Shown here piece after piece: positions 59,924 to 64,000 of a DNA stretch of 64,000 bases. A model generated the notes under the pieces. It searched no databases. It was not told the DNA's origin and saw only the letters and a list, made by a program, of their open reading frames with translations. Numbering within the stretch: the stretch's first letter is position 1; the number at the start of each line of letters is the position of its first letter. The translations under genes were made by a program, and so were the position numbers. Source of the DNA: Nemertoderma westbladi (lineage: Eukaryota > Animalia > Xenacoelomorpha); the NCBI GenBank assembly GCA_032718475.1, contig JAUCBJ010002835.1:1-64000 (forward strand). Direction: 5' to 3'.

Positions 59924-62302
59924 ATGGCGACTACTGACTCAAGTACTAATTCGGCGACTGCCATGAATATTTTAGGACATAAAGTTACCGAGCCAACGTA
60001 TAAAATGACGACGCAATACACGAGACAAACCGATGAAGGAGTGGAGTTTGATGATAGCCAAGAGATTGAGAACGTTGACATCACGATAACAAAGTCACCC
60101 AGCATTATTGCGCGTAATTTTACTACAAAAAAGATTTTATTAGGAATAATCTTAGTATTGATTCTAATTGTCACAGTTTTAGTTGTCGTTATGGCTATTA
60201 GAGGAGGTTATTCGCGTAGTTTGTGTTTAACACCCGAGTGCGTTTACATGGCTTCCTCCGTTTGGTCCAGTATGAACGCGTCCGCGGACCCGTGCATGGA
60301 TTACTATAACTACGCATGCGGTGGTTGGCTGAACAGCAATCCCATACCTCCGGGCGAGTCCCAATGGAGTCTGTTCGCTGAAAAAGCCAACAGAAACGCC
60401 ATGTTAATTAAATCGATGTTAGACGAACTCCCTGTTACTGATAATTACTCGAGCATTGATAACGCGATGGGGAACGCCCACAGATATTATCTATCCTGCA
60501 TGGATAAAAACAATCTGAAAAACAAGCTGGGTGGGGCGCCCTTGATGAAACTAATAGAAAGTAACTTTTGGGAGTGGGGAATTCCCCGAGAGGCTGCGCG
60601 GGAAACAGGTGGAAATACTCCCGAAGACTTAACGAAACTTCTTAAAACGGTGTTTGGTAAGTTGTCTATGTTGTACATGGGGGCCCCTATTGTGAGTGTG
60701 GCTGTGGACTCAGACGAAAAGAATAAAGATATTCATGTAATCCAGATCGCCAAGGGGTACATGACTTTAGATACCAACTTCTACACGAATACGACAATCG
60801 ATAATAACACCGTGCTCACCGCGCTACTCGAGTATATGATCGCGTTGCCCAGGAAACTAGGGAGTTCTGTGGAGTTGAACGATACGATGAGACGGGTATT
60901 GGAGTTTGAGATGGAGTTGGCTAATCTAAGCGACGCCTTCCCGGTGAATTACACGGATATGGAATCGAATTACCGGAATATGACGATCTCCGCGTTGCAG
61001 AATGAAGCCCCTTATATTATTTGGTTGGATTTATTACAGGAAATATTCAGCCCTTTCGGTTACGATATCACCGATAAAGAAATAGTTGTTGTTTATTTCA
61101 TAGATTATCTAAAAGGTTTAACAGATCTTCTAGGACGCACCGATTCCTATATAGTTGACGAATACATTCTATTCCGTTTTATGGACTCGCAAGTTAATTA
61201 TCTTTCCGACGATTTGATTAAGTTAAAGAAACCTTTGGTGGCTGCGATTACCGGGATAGTTGAGCAACGGCCGGTCTGGAAGAATTGTTTGAGAGAGACG
61301 GAGTCGCGGTTTCCTTACGTTATCGGCGCGATGTTCGTGGAGAGAACCTTCGATAAGGCGAGTAAAGAAGCCGCCGACTCGATGATAGACGGAATTAGGA
61401 ACGCGTTTATAGCTAATCTACCGCAGTTGAGCTGGATGGACACGGATACGTCGGCAAAAGCCGTCCGCAAGGCGCGGATGATGGAGAAACTCATTGGATA
61501 TCCCGACTTCATTCTGGTTCCTTCGTCGTTAAACGAGAAATACAAATCGTTGGATATGAAAGAGGATGAATTCTTTAACAATAGTATAAAGTTAACCAAG
61601 TTCGCGTTGGATAAGAGTTTGATAAAGTTGCGTTTAAATACGACGGATCGCGATCCCTGGGATTCTGTGAATCCGGCCTCTATAAACGCGTTCTATCAGC
61701 CCAGCTACAACGAGATGTTGTTCCCCGCAGGAATCCTCCAGGTTCCGTTCTACGATAAATCCTTCCACAAGGCGCTCAACTTCGGTCGAATCGGCGTCGT
61801 GGTGGGCCACGAGTTGACCCACGGATTCGATTCCCGCGGGCGGCAGTACGACGCCGAGGGGAATCTTCGTCGTTGGTGGAACAACGAGTCGATAGCGCGG
61901 TTCGAGACGCAGACAAAGTGTATGCGGGAGCAGTACAGCGCGTACAGAGTCGGCAACGAGACCGTGGACGGGAATAACACCTTGGCGGAGAACATAGCGG
62001 ATAACGGGGGCTTGAAGAGTTCGTTCCTCGCTTACCGTTCCTGGGTGAAACGGAACGGCCAAGAGAAACTCCTCCCGGCGTTGCAGTTGAGCAACGAGCA
62101 GTTGTTCTTCCTCGGGTTCGCACAGGTCTGGTGCAACGCGGCCACCAAGGAGGAATCTAGTTTGCAGGTTAAGGTGGATGTTCACAGTCCCGGTAAGTGG
62201 CGAGTTGTCGGGAGTTTATCGAACTCATTCGAGTTCAGCGAGGCTTACAGTTGTCCCAAAGGCAGCCCTATGAATCCCGTAAGTAAATGCGTCGTGTGGT
62301 AA
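59924..62302 (+). CDS. ECE1: Endothelin-converting-enzyme-like M13 (neprilysin family) metallopeptidase, single ORF
   Basis: Type II TM helix, PCMDYYNYACGGW, INAFY, GHELTHGFD, ENIADNGG, C-terminal CVVW. Closer to ECE1/2 than to NEP as recalled; orthology untested. Confidence 0.9.
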   Translation: MATTDSSTNSATAMNILGHKVTEPTYKMTTQYTRQTDEGVEFDDSQEIENVDITITKSPSIIARNFTTKKILLGIILVLILIVTVLVVVMAIRGGYSRSLCLTPECVYMASSVWSSMNASADPCMDYYNYACGGWLNSNPIPPGESQWSLFAEKANRNAMLIKSMLDELPVTDNYSSIDNAMGNAHRYYLSCMDKNNLKNKLGGAPLMKLIESNFWEWGIPREAARETGGNTPEDLTKLLKTVFGKLSMLYMGAPIVSVAVDSDEKNKDIHVIQIAKGYMTLDTNFYTNTTIDNNTVLTALLEYMIALPRKLGSSVELNDTMRRVLEFEMELANLSDAFPVNYTDMESNYRNMTISALQNEAPYIIWLDLLQEIFSPFGYDITDKEIVVVYFIDYLKGLTDLLGRTDSYIVDEYILFRFMDSQVNYLSDDLIKLKKPLVAAITGIVEQRPVWKNCLRETESRFPYVIGAMFVERTFDKASKEAADSMIDGIRNAFIANLPQLSWMDTDTSAKAVRKARMMEKLIGYPDFILVPSSLNEKYKSLDMKEDEFFNNSIKLTKFALDKSLIKLRLNTTDRDPWDSVNPASINAFYQPSYNEMLFPAGILQVPFYDKSFHKALNFGRIGVVVGHELTHGFDSRGRQYDAEGNLRRWWNNESIARFETQTKCMREQYSAYRVGNETVDGNNTLAENIADNGGLKSSFLAYRSWVKRNGQEKLLPALQLSNEQLFFLGFAQVWCNAATKEESSLQVKVDVHSPGKWRVVGSLSNSFEFSEAYSCPKGSPMNPVSKCVVW

Positions 62303-63061
62303 TCTTATTTTATTCCATTCCAGTTTAAATAATTGTATATTCATTTATTTATAATCGCATTTGTATTTATATCTGGAGTTCCTTAAAAAATATATACTAA
62401 TGTACTCTTACCCTTTATTAAAGGTTCGTTTAAATATATCAGGAAAGACAATTTCATTTCTGTTTAGATTAATTTCATGTATTTTTAATTTCTTGAATGG
62501 CTAATGGGTGCAACACCATATCTAAGCGATGAATATATATTCAGTTGTTCCAATTGAAAAGCTTATTTTATTTTGTGCATATTTATCATGAGGTATTATA
62601 TTAAAGATACCTAAATAAATATTATCAAAAAATAATACACAAAATGATGCTAATTTGTATTTATTATCAGTCGTTTATGTAATAATATGTGCGAGCGATC
62701 ATAGATGTTATTGTTAGTCTATTAAGTAAATGAAGTGCAGAATATGACATTGTGTTAGTATTATTAATATGTTAGCTAGTGCGCCCTAATATTACGGGAC
62801 GTACAACTGAGTCGTTACTTTTTAATCATCTGTTAAAATTGTGTTTTTTTTATACGTATATAGTTTAGATATATAGTTTACATTGGCGTATGCCCGGTCA
62901 ATGTGTCATGTAAGCTGATTGTGTAAAGTGCTAATATATGTAAGTTGTGAATTATGTAAAATGATGTCATCGTTAAAATACCTTTATAAGTTAAATTCCT
63001 TAATATCCAATCTGTAAATATGAGATAATGAATGATGGCTTACGCAAAATAGACCTGTACA

Positions 63062-64000
63062 CAGGGATTCGATACAATACGATACGAAAATACGATATGA
63101 TACCAACCAATTTATCACGATATGTTACGATACGAATGCAATTTTGAGAAAATACGATACGATACGAAATGCGAAAAAAGTTTCGTGTTTTTTTCGTATC
63201 GTATTTTTTATCTAAGAGTTGATAAAATACATTTATTGCATTTTGTATTACCCTTAGATAATCACTTTATAAAACTCTATAGGCAAATATTTTTTATTTC
63301 ACTGCTTGTCTACAGCAATAACTGTGTCTACTGGCTACAACATCCATATGGACGTTATGCATCGGGAACCAATAATAGTAGGCGTTAGGCCTACCATATT
63401 ACCATGCCACTTCATGCATAATGTTACTGTTGTACCTACTGTAGGCCTAACTGCCGTTATTTATGGAATAATTTTGAATTTTGATGCACCAAGCAAGATA
63501 TGGAATAAAATTCAAACTTTCATTTCGAAGTCAAACTATTACTAGAATAAAACTATGTTTTATTTCAAACCAAATGTTTTATTTCTATTATTATCTCACT
63601 CGAATGATAACATTAATGCCTTGTTGGCGCGATTAGAGTTCTCCTCATAAGTTTATTTAAACTGTAATTAGATTATGTTTCAGTAGTCTCTTTTTATCGT
63701 TATTCTACAGTTAATTACCATGCGATTAACGATACTCATTCTTACACATTTTATTGACATAATAAAACTGTAAGCTGCAACCGAATTTATACACCAATTT
63801 TGAGAAAAAAAATGTAAAGAAATAAGTTGTGTGATCTCTGGTTTGACTGTGAAAAATATTAATATTTCATGAGATACGAAAATACGAAAAATGTTTATTT
63901 GTAATATACGTTACGAAGTAAATTTTTATGATACGATACGAAATTCGATACGAATAAAATTCTGCGATACGAAATACGAAAATCAGTTTTCGTATCGTAT
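63062..64000. mobile_element. hAT-like MITE, right end at or beyond the window edge
   Basis: Starts cagggattcg with dense TACGA subterminal repeats at 63070-63205 and 63870-64000. Confidence 0.55.

Overview
Repeat-rich animal (metazoan) nuclear DNA; not prokaryotic, and no CRISPR. Five host genes all lie on the + strand, each as one uninterrupted ORF: BTBD7, MED24, MEAK7/TLDC1, a divergent NRF1/Ewg-family factor and an ECE-like M13 peptidase. Between them are a BEL/Pao LTR retrotransposon (minus strand, running off the left edge and absent from the ORF track), a disabled full-length Gypsy element with a -1 frameshift signal, a P/THAP9-type transposase remnant, LINE fragments, many MITEs, three minisatellites and a 10.6-kb 51-bp satellite with a 1612-bp higher-order repeat. 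The most interesting signals are the intronless co-oriented host genes, a dense cluster of consensus 5' splice sites inside the BEL gag ORF, a retrozyme-like insertion carrying a minimal hammerhead, and abundant TA-flanked micro-motifs resembling transposon footprints. All calls come from reading the sequence by eye; no database search was run, and fragment boundaries are approximate.
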